From IMG/VR virus record IMGVR_UViG_3300016675_000632, positions 1,010-65,009 of that record: a DNA stretch of 64,000 nt. One strand, given 5' to 3'. The position numbers were made by a program, and so were the translations under genes. How positions within the stretch are numbered: the first letter of the stretch is position 1; each line of letters begins with the position of its first letter. The DNA is from a virus. Positions 8,354 through 16,237 of the stretch are shown here, one piece after another. A model generated the notes under the pieces. It searched no databases and was not told where the DNA came from. It saw only the letters and a list, made by a program, of their open reading frames with translations.

Positions 8354-8839
8354 TTAGGGGTTGGGGATTTCTAACCCCGCAAAGGTTCGTATAAATTCGT
8401 GAACTTTATCTCTCTGCGCTGCATTGGAATAAAGCAATAAATATACACTTTGTGCTTGAATAAGCATATCCTTACGAATATCCCTAAATTCTGTTTGGGT
8501 TCTTGCGTGGGCAATAATTCCTACCTGCATCAACCTTTCACGCAAAGCCCGTTTTTTATTCGCTGTGGTAGCGGCGCAATGGTACGAAGAATAAATTTTA
8601 TCAAATTCTTGCTTATCTATTTTTATACTAGGTTTATCTTTGCTGGCGTTACGGGCTATGATGCGGGCTTGTATATGTTCGGCGAATTTTTTAAAACCTT
8701 CGCCCAAATTAGTGTTCCTTTCGTATTGGTTGGATTCGGCTACTATAGCCAATAAATCATCAATAGAAATAACCTTTTTGGCTGGGCTGCTGCTGTTGCG
8801 CCGAAATTTTGGGATAGTTGGCTGGTTAGTGGTTTCCAT
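8354..8839 (-). CDS. Hypothetical protein
   Basis: ORF track. Confidence 0.75.
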   Translation of the reverse strand: METTNQPTIPKFRRNSSSPAKKVISIDDLLAIVAESNQYERNTNLGEGFKKFAEHIQARIIARNASKDKPSIKIDKQEFDKIYSSYHCAATTANKKRALRERLMQVGIIAHARTQTEFRDIRKDMLIQAQSVYLLLYSNAAQRDKVHEFIRTFAGLEIPNP

Positions 8840-8875
8840 TTTAGAAATAAGTGGTTAATGATTGGTTGTGATTAT

Positions 8876-9475
8876 TTAGTAAAAAACAGGTGTTTGGCCT
8901 TGTGCGCCCTCTGTTGCTCTGGTGGGCGTTTTGGGGCTTTCTTGTCGCGCGTGCTGCGATATATCCAATTGGGCAAATTCTTCCAAGATGTCTATAGCTC
9001 GGTTTATTTCTTGGGCAAATTCTTTCTTTTGATAGGGGAATAACCTATTGTATTCAGCATTTACCATTTGTTTATAGGTTTGGTTAAATTCGTACATATT
9101 TAGATAGGTAGAAAACAACTGTATAAAATGCGCCTTTGTTGGCTCGTCGCGCTGTAGGTGGGATTTTAGGGCGATAATTTGGCGGGCTGCATTGTGGAAA
9201 GAGCGAAACCCTGTGCTATCGGGATACCCAAGCGAATTTTGCCAATAGATTTTCAAGTGATAAGCCCCGAAAGGGTGGCTATCGGTATTGCTTGCTCGGT
9301 AGTATAGCCAAGACCAAAACGCGTAACAAATAGCGGTATCTTGTAGCGCATAGCAAGCCATTTGTTCGTCTTCATCATCTATTTTCTGCCAAATACTTCG
9401 GGCGAGTTCGCCCAAACGGTCGGATTGAGCGTGTTGCTCTAATACAGCAAAGCAACCTTCAGTGAAAATTGGCAA
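8876..9475 (-). CDS. Hypothetical helical protein; TTG start, or joined to 9480-9575 by a +1 shift
   Basis: ORF track; start uncertain. Confidence 0.7.
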   Translation of the reverse strand: MPIFTEGCFAVLEQHAQSDRLGELARSIWQKIDDEDEQMACYALQDTAICYAFWSWLYYRASNTDSHPFGAYHLKIYWQNSLGYPDSTGFRSFHNAARQIIALKSHLQRDEPTKAHFIQLFSTYLNMYEFNQTYKQMVNAEYNRLFPYQKKEFAQEINRAIDILEEFAQLDISQHARQESPKTPTRATEGAQGQTPVFY

Positions 9476-9479
9476 ATAT

Positions 9480-9575
9480 CTATTTTTGAAAAATGCGCCC
9501 CCCTACAATATAAGCTGCAAAATTGTGAGGGTCAAAAGTCGCCCAATAATCGGGGCGAATATACTTTATAATCAT
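9480..9575 (-). CDS. 31-aa ORF MIIKYIRPDYWATFDPHNFAAYIVGGRIFQK
   Basis: Hand translation; ATG preceded by an A run. Confidence 0.45.
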   Translation of the reverse strand: MIIKYIRPDYWATFDPHNFAAYIVGGRIFQK

Positions 9576-9635
9576 TTTTTTGATGGAGTGTAAAACTCCA
9601 GCCTTTGTGAGGCTGGAGTCGTTGGGGTTAGTAAT

Positions 9636-10553
9636 TTATTCAAGTTGCAAAAAACTATTTGAACCGCCATATTTGTAGCTACTTAAAGCCGTATCAATAA
9701 AGCTAAGATTAGTAACAGGGTATTTTTTATTTTCCCCGTATTTATCGCCTTTTTCTATACTAACATTTAAGCAAAAAACTACAGTACTAATATCAAATTC
9801 ATTACCAAAGCTGGTTATTAAAGATATATGATTTTCCAAGTTTTTACACACATTAAACACATTTTTAATCGTGCTTTTTGTGCCGCCACTCTCAAATATC
9901 ATATAAGCATTGCGAAGAAAAGCAGGGAAGCAATTTATTTTTAACCGATATTTGAACGCCTCTTGCCCGTTAGCCTTAGCTACTGCGGTTTGAAAGGCAA
10001 GGTGAGGGTCGGGGCTATCTTTAAATTGTTCCTCTACCCAAGAAAAAGCCACTTTTTGTTCTTGTATGCTGGCATTTTCGCCGTTCTCCCTGTAGCCGCG
10101 CGAATCGTACTTGTATTTTGTCATCAGCTTGTAATAGTCTCCAATTTGGCTATTTTTACCAACAACTTCACAACAAATCATTTTACCGCTTGCGGTATCT
10201 CGCAATTCAGCCCCGCAAAAAATATCCCGTTCCAAATTTTTTATGTTAAAATAAAATGATTTTCGGGCTTCTAATTTTTCGTTGTCGCTTAGTTCGTCGT
10301 AACGGTTATCTTGGTAGTTAGCCAACCGATAACATTTCATTTGGTAACGTTCCATTGCATTATTAGCAAATAACATTTTGCTAGATTCGTCGGGCTTGGC
10401 GACAAAATACCCCAATGCGCTGGGGTAAGTCTTTCCATTGGCCGCCGTTAAAATAGTCCCCGAAGACAACTTGCCAACGTAAATGTTGCCGTCAGCTAAA
10501 TACCGAGTGTTGCTAGTTTCTATTTGGTCTTGGAGGTGCTTAGGCATTCGCAT
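9636..10553 (-). CDS. Gp3/recombination-directionality-factor-like protein (putative single-strand annealing recombinase)
   Basis: IYVGK...YPSALGYF N-terminal and FCLNVSIEK...KKYPVTNL C-terminal motifs; adjacent to a PD-(D/E)XK nuclease. Confidence 0.6.
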   Translation of the reverse strand: MRMPKHLQDQIETSNTRYLADGNIYVGKLSSGTILTAANGKTYPSALGYFVAKPDESSKMLFANNAMERYQMKCYRLANYQDNRYDELSDNEKLEARKSFYFNIKNLERDIFCGAELRDTASGKMICCEVVGKNSQIGDYYKLMTKYKYDSRGYRENGENASIQEQKVAFSWVEEQFKDSPDPHLAFQTAVAKANGQEAFKYRLKINCFPAFLRNAYMIFESGGTKSTIKNVFNVCKNLENHISLITSFGNEFDISTVVFCLNVSIEKGDKYGENKKYPVTNLSFIDTALSSYKYGGSNSFLQLE

Positions 10554-10564
10554 TTTTAGATTAT

Positions 10565-11539
10565 TTAAGGGGTGAATAAATCATTTTCACTATTTGCGCT
10601 AAATGTAAATTCATCTAGCAGTTTTTCAAAATAGGGCTTGCCGTCTTTCCAAAAAATACCCTTAGGGGTCTTGGATTTTACTATCCCTTTTGTCTTGGCC
10701 AACTCAAAATAAAGAGGCAAACATTTTACTTCTAAACTATCGGTTTGGTCTTCAAAGCTATAGGTCGGCTTGTCGGCTTTTTGGTAGTTTTTCGGGGCAA
10801 AGTTTGCTATCCTTTCAATTGTTGGCATACCACCGTACAATTTAGCCATTTTATTCCACGCGTGCATCAAAAAAGCTAATTGCAAGGCGTGCTTATCATA
10901 AAAGCCTTTTTTGCCACTTTTGAAATCTATAATATAAGTAATGGTTTGCCCTTTTACGGTGATTTGCGCGGCAAGGTCTAATGTCCCAGCTATAAAGTTA
11001 TCATAATCAACCACGCGAAATTCAGAGGCAATAACGCGAAGTTTGTAATCAATAGCAAACTGACAAAAGCAAGTAACATCTTTATGCAAAGTGTGCGAGT
11101 AATTATCCATAAATGATTTGATAGGTATTGCGGGGCAATTTTGCGCCAAGTATTGAGTGGCTATATCTTCGCAAAGATTTGAGATATTGGACACTTTCCA
11201 ATTTTCGGGATTTTCGCCTATTTTACGCACAATATAAGCCACGCAAATATGGAAAATTGAACCGTATTCAGTAGCTAAACGAAATCTAACATCGGCAATT
11301 TCTCGGCTTAGCGTGTCGGCTTGTTCTACGCGCCAATCAATTAGATGAGAAGATGAGGGTAAAACTGCATCACAAAAGCCCGTACAATTCAAAAAAAGGC
11401 GTTCCTCTGGGTCGTTATTCAAAAAATAAAGGCGTTGGTCGGAGTTGGTTTTTTGGAGCCGCTGAAGGTCAAATTTTAGAAAACTTGGTATAGCAACCCA
11501 AGTATCCTCTAATTCTTTTAAAAAATTACCGTTAAACAT
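10565..11539 (-). CDS. PD-(D/E)XK exonuclease
   Basis: ASEFRV...IAGTLDL...IIDFKSG...HALQLAFL motifs. Confidence 0.85.
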   Translation of the reverse strand: MFNGNFLKELEDTWVAIPSFLKFDLQRLQKTNSDQRLYFLNNDPEERLFLNCTGFCDAVLPSSSHLIDWRVEQADTLSREIADVRFRLATEYGSIFHICVAYIVRKIGENPENWKVSNISNLCEDIATQYLAQNCPAIPIKSFMDNYSHTLHKDVTCFCQFAIDYKLRVIASEFRVVDYDNFIAGTLDLAAQITVKGQTITYIIDFKSGKKGFYDKHALQLAFLMHAWNKMAKLYGGMPTIERIANFAPKNYQKADKPTYSFEDQTDSLEVKCLPLYFELAKTKGIVKSKTPKGIFWKDGKPYFEKLLDEFTFSANSENDLFTP

Positions 11540-11594
11540 ACAAGATTTTTTTTAAAGCAGCCCCACGTGAGCAGGACTGCAAAGTTTGCGAAAA

Positions 11595-12167
11595 TTATTT
11601 GTTGTAATGTTCTGGGTTGAACAAGTCATTTTTAGCAGCTTTTGCGTTGGCTATTGCTTCGTCTGCTGCTACAATTGTTTGGTTATCATTAACCAAATCC
11701 AAGCGTTCAACATCGGCAACGGTTGCAATTCTAATCCCCTTTTTCACAAAGTCCCAATAAACTACTTTTACAGCGTTTTGGGGTTCGTCTTGTAGTTGGG
11801 CAATTTTTAGAATTTGCGCGGCTGGTAGTTCCAAATCCGAAAGGGTGGCGGGCGTTACTGAGCCGTCATTTTTAACCAACTTGCAAAGCCCACTTTTTAG
11901 GGTTTGTTGGTATTCGGTAATGATTGGCTTGCAACGTTCAACTTCTGCCGCTTTTTCAATCTCTCGCTGCTTTTCTGCTAATATAATTGCCTGCGCTTTT
12001 TCTAAGGCTGTGGTGCGCGGTTTGCGCTCTTTTGGGGCTTCGTTTTGCCCGTCTGCCGTTTGTTGTTCTGCGCTATTTTCGCTTAGCGCGTTGTTGATAA
12101 TAACTGCCTCTGTAGGCTCGTTTTCGTTGTTGGTAACACCTGCTACCTTTTTGCTATCTTTAGCCAT
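11595..12167 (-). CDS. Protein with SH3/Sm-like barrel (WYL_2/DUF2693-like)
   Basis: LVKNDGSVTPAT...VYWDFVKKGIR resembles F.KKDG..R.A.GT...YWD..K.GWR. Confidence 0.5.
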   Translation of the reverse strand: MAKDSKKVAGVTNNENEPTEAVIINNALSENSAEQQTADGQNEAPKERKPRTTALEKAQAIILAEKQREIEKAAEVERCKPIITEYQQTLKSGLCKLVKNDGSVTPATLSDLELPAAQILKIAQLQDEPQNAVKVVYWDFVKKGIRIATVADVERLDLVNDNQTIVAADEAIANAKAAKNDLFNPEHYNK

Positions 12168-12214
12168 TGTTAAAAAAGAAATTTGTTTAAAAAAATTGTT
12201 GTTTAAATACGAGT

Positions 12215-12352
12215 ATATTATACGGTAACAAATACAAAAGGTTGCAAATTGCGCAAAAAAATATACTTTTTTAGTACTTTTTTTTCTTTTTGCGTGTTAT
12301 CTTTTGCATTTGTTAGTACAAAGGTATAAACTTTATTTTGAACGTGCAAGGG
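12215..12352 (-). promoter_or_regulatory. ~140-bp promoter cassette, copy 2
   Basis: Near-identical to 8080-8218. Confidence 0.85.
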
Positions 12353-12460
12353 CTTAGCCTAAAAAAGTGCAAAAATCTTGCAAAAAAACGCCTATTTTTG
12401 CGAAATCTGGGCATTTTATTTTATTTTTGCGCGATATTGTTGTAAAAATCCGAATCAGCC

Positions 12461-12487
12461 GCAACCAATTTACGAGGGCAGCGTATA
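12461..12487 (+). promoter_or_regulatory. GCAAC-N16-CGTATA promoter-like motif
   Basis: Upstream of 12519; same motif and spacing as nine other sites. Confidence 0.6.
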
Positions 12488-12518
12488 GATGCTTATTTAA
12501 CCAAAAAATGATAAAATT

Positions 12519-12914
12519 ATGTTAGCTTTCCCAAAAATCATAAAGTTGGCAACGGAAATGCGAGAAGCCCAAAAAAATTACTTCGCCGCAGTCAAGCAAA
12601 AAAATAAAAAATCGCAAGCCCCCGAACTATTGCACGCCTCAAAAACCAAAGAACGAGAGTTTAAGGAGGCGTTTAACAACTTTATACAAAGCGAAGAGTA
12701 TTCGGAAGTTTCAGACGGAACGACTACAAGCAAACATTTATTATTCAAGCTGGGCGTTACCCACTTGTTAGAGTTCCAAGAATTAGCGTTCAAAGAAATG
12801 CGAATTGGGAACCATACAGCCCACGTGATATATCAATCGCGGCAACAAGAAAAAGAATTTGATAACCTGTTGGAAGAACTAAACCCAACGCCAACCCAAC
12901 AAAGTTTATTCTAA
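12519..12914 (+). CDS. Hypothetical protein with an internally duplicated helical motif
   Basis: EMREAQK...SKTKEREF and EMRIGN...SRQQEKEF. Confidence 0.75.
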   Translation: MLAFPKIIKLATEMREAQKNYFAAVKQKNKKSQAPELLHASKTKEREFKEAFNNFIQSEEYSEVSDGTTTSKHLLFKLGVTHLLEFQELAFKEMRIGNHTAHVIYQSRQQEKEFDNLLEELNPTPTQQSLF

Positions 12915-12927
12915 TTTTTGGGGCAAA

Positions 12928-12960
12928 TTGCAACCTTTTCAAAAACTTGCCGTATATTTG
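12928..12960 (+). promoter_or_regulatory. Composite promoter of the tRNA cluster (TTGCAAC-N16-CGTATA overlapping TATATTTG)
   Basis: Both motifs read directly; Bacteroidota -7 box TAnnTTTG at 12953-12960. Confidence 0.65.
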
Positions 12961-13043
12961 CGCTATGTTATAAAAAAATAATGTGATAAAAGTAATTTTC
13001 GCTTGCGGGGGCAGTTGCCAAATTGTCGCCGCTTTTTTCTTTT

Positions 13044-13114
13044 GCTGCTGTGTCCGAGTGGTGAGGCGTTGGACTGCAAACCCAACTACGGGGGTTCAAA
13101 TCCCTTTAGCAGCT
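13044..13114 (+). tRNA. trnC: tRNA-Cys (GCA)
   Basis: Acceptor GCTGCTG/TAGCAGC, anticodon loop CTGCAAA, TTCAAAT T-loop, U73; no encoded CCA; A-C mismatch at 31:39. Confidence 0.9.
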
Positions 13115-13174
13115 CTCAAGATTTTTTTTTGGTTAAGTGATGTTGGAAATTTTTGTTAATAAATTTTTAATCGT

Positions 13175-13206
13175 AAAAAAGGCGCGTTGTGAAACGCGCT
13201 TTTTTT
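13175..13206 (+). terminator. Intrinsic terminator with GUGA tetraloop
   Basis: GGCGCGTT-GTGA-AACGCGCT plus T tract. Confidence 0.8.
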
Positions 13207-13289
13207 ATTAAAAAACCTGTTATAAATGCAACTTTGTTGCAACAATAAACATTTTTTTGCCTTTTTTCGCATATTTCGCAAATAAAATT

Positions 13290-13319
13290 TTGCGGTTTAA
13301 AAAAAACGTTTTACCTTTG
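13290..13319 (+). promoter_or_regulatory. Bacteroidota sigma-A promoter
   Basis: TTG-N19-TACCTTTG upstream of tRNA-Ser. Confidence 0.7.
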
Positions 13320-13374
13320 CTTCGTCAAACTTACCAAGTATGCCGATGCAAAAAAATAGTAAGTTGATAAAAAT

Positions 13375-13459
13375 GGAAAATTGGGCGAGTGGTAAGTCAG
13401 CAGTTTGCTAAACTGTAATATCTGTAAAGGTATCGTAGGTTCGAATCCTGCATTTTCCG
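13375..13459 (+). tRNA. trnS: tRNA-Ser (GCT)
   Basis: Acceptor GGAAAAT/ATTTTCC, loop TTGCTAA, long variable arm, GTTCGAATC, G73. Confidence 0.9.
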
Positions 13460-13465
13460 CGAGAG

Positions 13466-13680
13466 AGGCAAAGCAAATAGGATAAAGTGTTTTGTATAAA
13501 ACACATCAGCAACTAAAATCGCAATTTCTAAGGCCAACCAATTTATCCTATTTGCGCCTTATGTTCTACGAAGACTGCAACGCGGGGCGCATTTTACCGC
13601 GTTTGAAAGAAGCCTTGCGCAAACAGGGGTTAAGGCTGCAGTTTTGTTGGGGTGTAACCCGCGCCACATTTTAACCCTGT
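13466..13680 (+). ncRNA. Unidentified structured RNA between tRNA-Ser and tRNA-CAT
   Basis: 14-bp perfect stem 13473-13486/13542-13555, inner 7-bp hairpin, stems 13579-85/13597-603 and 13623-33/13671-80. Confidence 0.6.
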
Positions 13681-13703
13681 ATGAATGTGGATTTTTTGAA
13701 AAT

Positions 13704-13777
13704 GGTTTTGTAGCTCAGTAGGTCAGAGCAAGCCCCTCATAAGGGCGAGGTCGTAGGTTCAAACCCTGCCATAACCA
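13704..13777 (+). tRNA. tRNA with CAT anticodon (elongator Met or Ile2; not initiator)
   Basis: TAGCTCAG D-arm start, GCCC-CTCATAA-GGGC, GTTCAAA T-loop; one T-T mismatch in the acceptor stem. Confidence 0.85.
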
Positions 13778-13789
13778 CAAACAACCAGA

Positions 13790-14090
13790 ACGGGGGCTTT
13801 GCCCCCACTTACAATTCTTGTTAGCATTAAGCCCAGATTATAGCGGTTCATTAAGTTGTGCGCGGGGTCTGTCGGCGGTTTGTTCTTATAATTCTCTTTG
13901 GGGCTTTGCCACCAACTACAGACTTTTGCTAGCAAACAAAAAAAGAATTAAGCCCACGTTTCAAAAAAGCGTGTTGAGCGGATTTCTTTCCTCACTATAA
14001 ATTCACGAGGTTTTCTTACCTGTTTGTGGGGCTACTGACTTTGCGCCAGCGTAATTTGTTCGCTGACAAAAAAGAGCATAGCAGCGCACG
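13790..14090 (+). ncRNA. Possible structured RNA downstream of tRNA-CAT
   Basis: Several hairpins and a long-range helix; no credible ORF. Confidence 0.4.
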
Positions 14091-14095
14091 AAACG

Positions 14096-14122
14096 AGCCG
14101 TTGGTTTTACAGCGGCTTTTTT
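14096..14122 (+). terminator. Intrinsic terminator
   Basis: AGCCGTTG/CAGCGGCT stem plus T6. Confidence 0.75.
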
Positions 14123-14148
14123 ATGAAAATATAACTTTTTGTTTTGCA

Positions 14149-14252
14149 GGTGAGAGCGCGAAACCAAAAGATTGAAAATATAGCAAGATTGGAGTAATTA
14201 CCCGATTTTGTTTTTATACCCCGCTGTGCTCTCACCACTCGCGGGGTTTTTT
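14149..14252 (+). promoter_or_regulatory. Attenuator/antisense-like leader of the replication gene
   Basis: GGTGAGAGCGC (14149-59) is complementary to GTGCTCTCACC (14226-36), which lies inside the terminator hairpin CCCCGC/GCGGGG-T6. Confidence 0.6.
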
Positions 14253-14275
14253 ATTTTTATCAAATTCGTACAGCT

Positions 14276-15628
14276 ATGGCTATCAACCCTTACGTTGCGC
14301 TGGACGCGCTCAATTCAAACGATTATGTTTCTATAAATAAAAAATTGGCAGCTTATCTCGATAGTTGGGACAAAGCAGCTTTTGTGAGCTATTTGGTAGG
14401 GCAAAGACGGTATTTTGCCCAAAACGGGCAACTTACTTCAGACGGTTTTTTTTATGCTTGCGCAAAAAAAGTTGCGGCCGATATTTATATAAAAAAAAGA
14501 ACCCAAGAACACTACCTAGCTGAACTCAAAACAATGGGTTGGATTGTTACCGACCAGCGCGACAAGGACGGGAAGAGATACATTTTTTTGACCGTAAAAA
14601 TGTGCAAAGAAGTAGCTAATTTTTTGGCTTTAGATTGCGCAAAAATTGCGCAACCGATTGCGCAAAAAATGCGCAGTCCATCGCGCAAAAATTGCGCAAC
14701 CGATTGCGCAAAAAATGCGCACTTATTAGATACTAATATAACTAATGAAAAAGAATTAACTAAAGAAGAACTAGTGTGTGAGAAAAGCGCGGGCGCGAAA
14801 AACACACACACCAATTTTTTTTCTGAAAATTCAGAAAGCGAGGCGGAAAAATCGCCCATAGATGCGAGCGAAGAAAAAAGAAAAAAAGTTGCGGCAAAAA
14901 AAGAAAAGTTTTTGCAGGTTGCGCGTGGGTTCGCTTTTTTGGGTTGCGTAACCGACCAGATTAAAAAAACTGTTTGGGAGTATTTACAAGCTGCTGCCGA
15001 ATGGGATAAGGAAATAATAAGCGAAGAATGGGCTACAATTCAGCTGGAGTTGGTTAATGAACTATCCGTAAAATATACGCAAGTAGGCGTAATCAAAGAG
15101 ATTAAACGCTGCAAATTAGGGAGCCGCACTTGGAAAACTCCGCAAATAGGCTTTGTTGGCAATAACGACCTAAAAACATATTTACGTCAAACCCCTTGGC
15201 AGCCCACCGCAGCGCAGACCAACAATAGCCCCAAAAACAAACCCAGCAACGAATCGCCCACTACAGCCCCGAAAACCGATTACAAAAAAATTGCCGAAGA
15301 GCATTTTAGCCAAACCAAAAAAGCAGCCGAACCCGAAAAGCAAATTTTAACCAGCTTACAAGACTTGGAAAAATTGGTCAAAGAAAATAATATAAATTTT
15401 GAAACGACCGACAAGGGGGATTTGGGGCTAAACGCCACAAAATTAGCCCGCGTTTTAACGATTTCTAATTTTTCGGGTGTTGCCTCCGATTTGGTAAAAA
15501 AAGCCGCCAAAAACGATTTTTTAGCCCTTTGCGAAAAACAAAAAAACAACGAATACCCAATAAAAGCATTTATTGCCCTGTTGGAATTTTTAGCTAACCA
15601 CCACATAAACCAACCCGATGCAATTTAA
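14276..15628 (+). CDS. Replication initiator (lambda O-type layout: N-terminal winged helix, internal iterons)
   Basis: wHTH-like YAC...VAADIYIKKRTQEHYLAELKTMGWI; iteron cluster inside the gene. Confidence 0.75.
   Translation: MAINPYVALDALNSNDYVSINKKLAAYLDSWDKAAFVSYLVGQRRYFAQNGQLTSDGFFYACAKKVAADIYIKKRTQEHYLAELKTMGWIVTDQRDKDGKRYIFLTVKMCKEVANFLALDCAKIAQPIAQKMRSPSRKNCATDCAKNAHLLDTNITNEKELTKEELVCEKSAGAKNTHTNFFSENSESEAEKSPIDASEEKRKKVAAKKEKFLQVARGFAFLGCVTDQIKKTVWEYLQAAAEWDKEIISEEWATIQLELVNELSVKYTQVGVIKEIKRCKLGSRTWKTPQIGFVGNNDLKTYLRQTPWQPTAAQTNNSPKNKPSNESPTTAPKTDYKKIAEEHFSQTKKAAEPEKQILTSLQDLEKLVKENNINFETTDKGDLGLNATKLARVLTISNFSGVASDLVKKAAKNDFLALCEKQKNNEYPIKAFIALLEFLANHHINQPDAI
14636..14721 (+). repeat. 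Iteron cluster (probable origin)
   Basis: 39-bp direct repeat 14637-14675/14683-14721, giving four YGCGCAAAAAWTGCGCA units, followed by an AT-rich tract. Confidence 0.75.
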
Positions 15629-16175
15629 TCTTCACCCAGCTACAGCCACTATTCACCTCAAGTTGAGCTACAGCAATATGCAGCTTTTCGCTGCTCAATT
15701 CGCCAATATGATAGACACCATAGAGCGCGAAATGCCAACCTCTCACAATTTGGAGGGCTTTAATTTGCCCGATGAATTAGATGTAAATTTGCCCGCTTTG
15801 TTCAACAAACAGTTTCTTGTTGTGGCGTTAAAATCGGCTTTGCGCCGCTTTTTATCGCGCCTTGAGGCGTTGGAAGATAAAAATAAAACGGTGCGGATAA
15901 GTAGCCAAAAACTGCTAAGAAACCCACAAGGCGAGATTTGCTCGGTAGAGCAACCCGAAGCCACGCAAAAACTATTCTTGGTAAAAATGAACTATACCGA
16001 AGCCCTCGCTTATAATTACTTCGGGTTTATGTTTGAAGATATTTTTGAGCAAAGCACCCAAGCAATAACCAACAAGCTCACGCATTTTATCAACCAAAAA
16101 CTTAGCTTTCCCGTACAAATGTTAGAAAAAACGCACCCCAAAGAGCTAAACGAAAATTCTTTGCGATTAGAATAA
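15618..16175 (+). CDS. Hypothetical protein directly after the initiator
   Basis: ORF track; 11-nt overlap. Confidence 0.75.
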   Translation: MQFNLHPATATIHLKLSYSNMQLFAAQFANMIDTIEREMPTSHNLEGFNLPDELDVNLPALFNKQFLVVALKSALRRFLSRLEALEDKNKTVRISSQKLLRNPQGEICSVEQPEATQKLFLVKMNYTEALAYNYFGFMFEDIFEQSTQAITNKLTHFINQKLSFPVQMLEKTHPKELNENSLRLE

Positions 16176-16237
16176 TCTTTGCAACTTTTCCCACAACCAA
16201 CCGTAAAACATTTATTCACACCAAAAAAAATCTGTTT

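Noticed and set aside
13704-13777. Initiator tRNA-fMet
   Set aside because: Position 1:72 is paired and the three G-C pairs of the anticodon stem are in the wrong orientation.
13114-13800. Theta (HDV-like) ribozymes at tRNA 3' ends
   Set aside because: I could not find a G1-initiated P1 with the nested double pseudoknot immediately after any of the three tRNAs.
13955-13975. TTCAAA hairpin as the anticodon arm of a UGA-suppressor tRNA
   Set aside because: The stem register puts AAA, not TCA, at the anticodon position, and there are no D or T arms.
13492-14000. Track ORFs 13492-13674 and 13818-14000 as proteins
   Set aside because: Short, TTG starts, embedded among tRNAs and extensive base-paired structure; non-coding is more likely.
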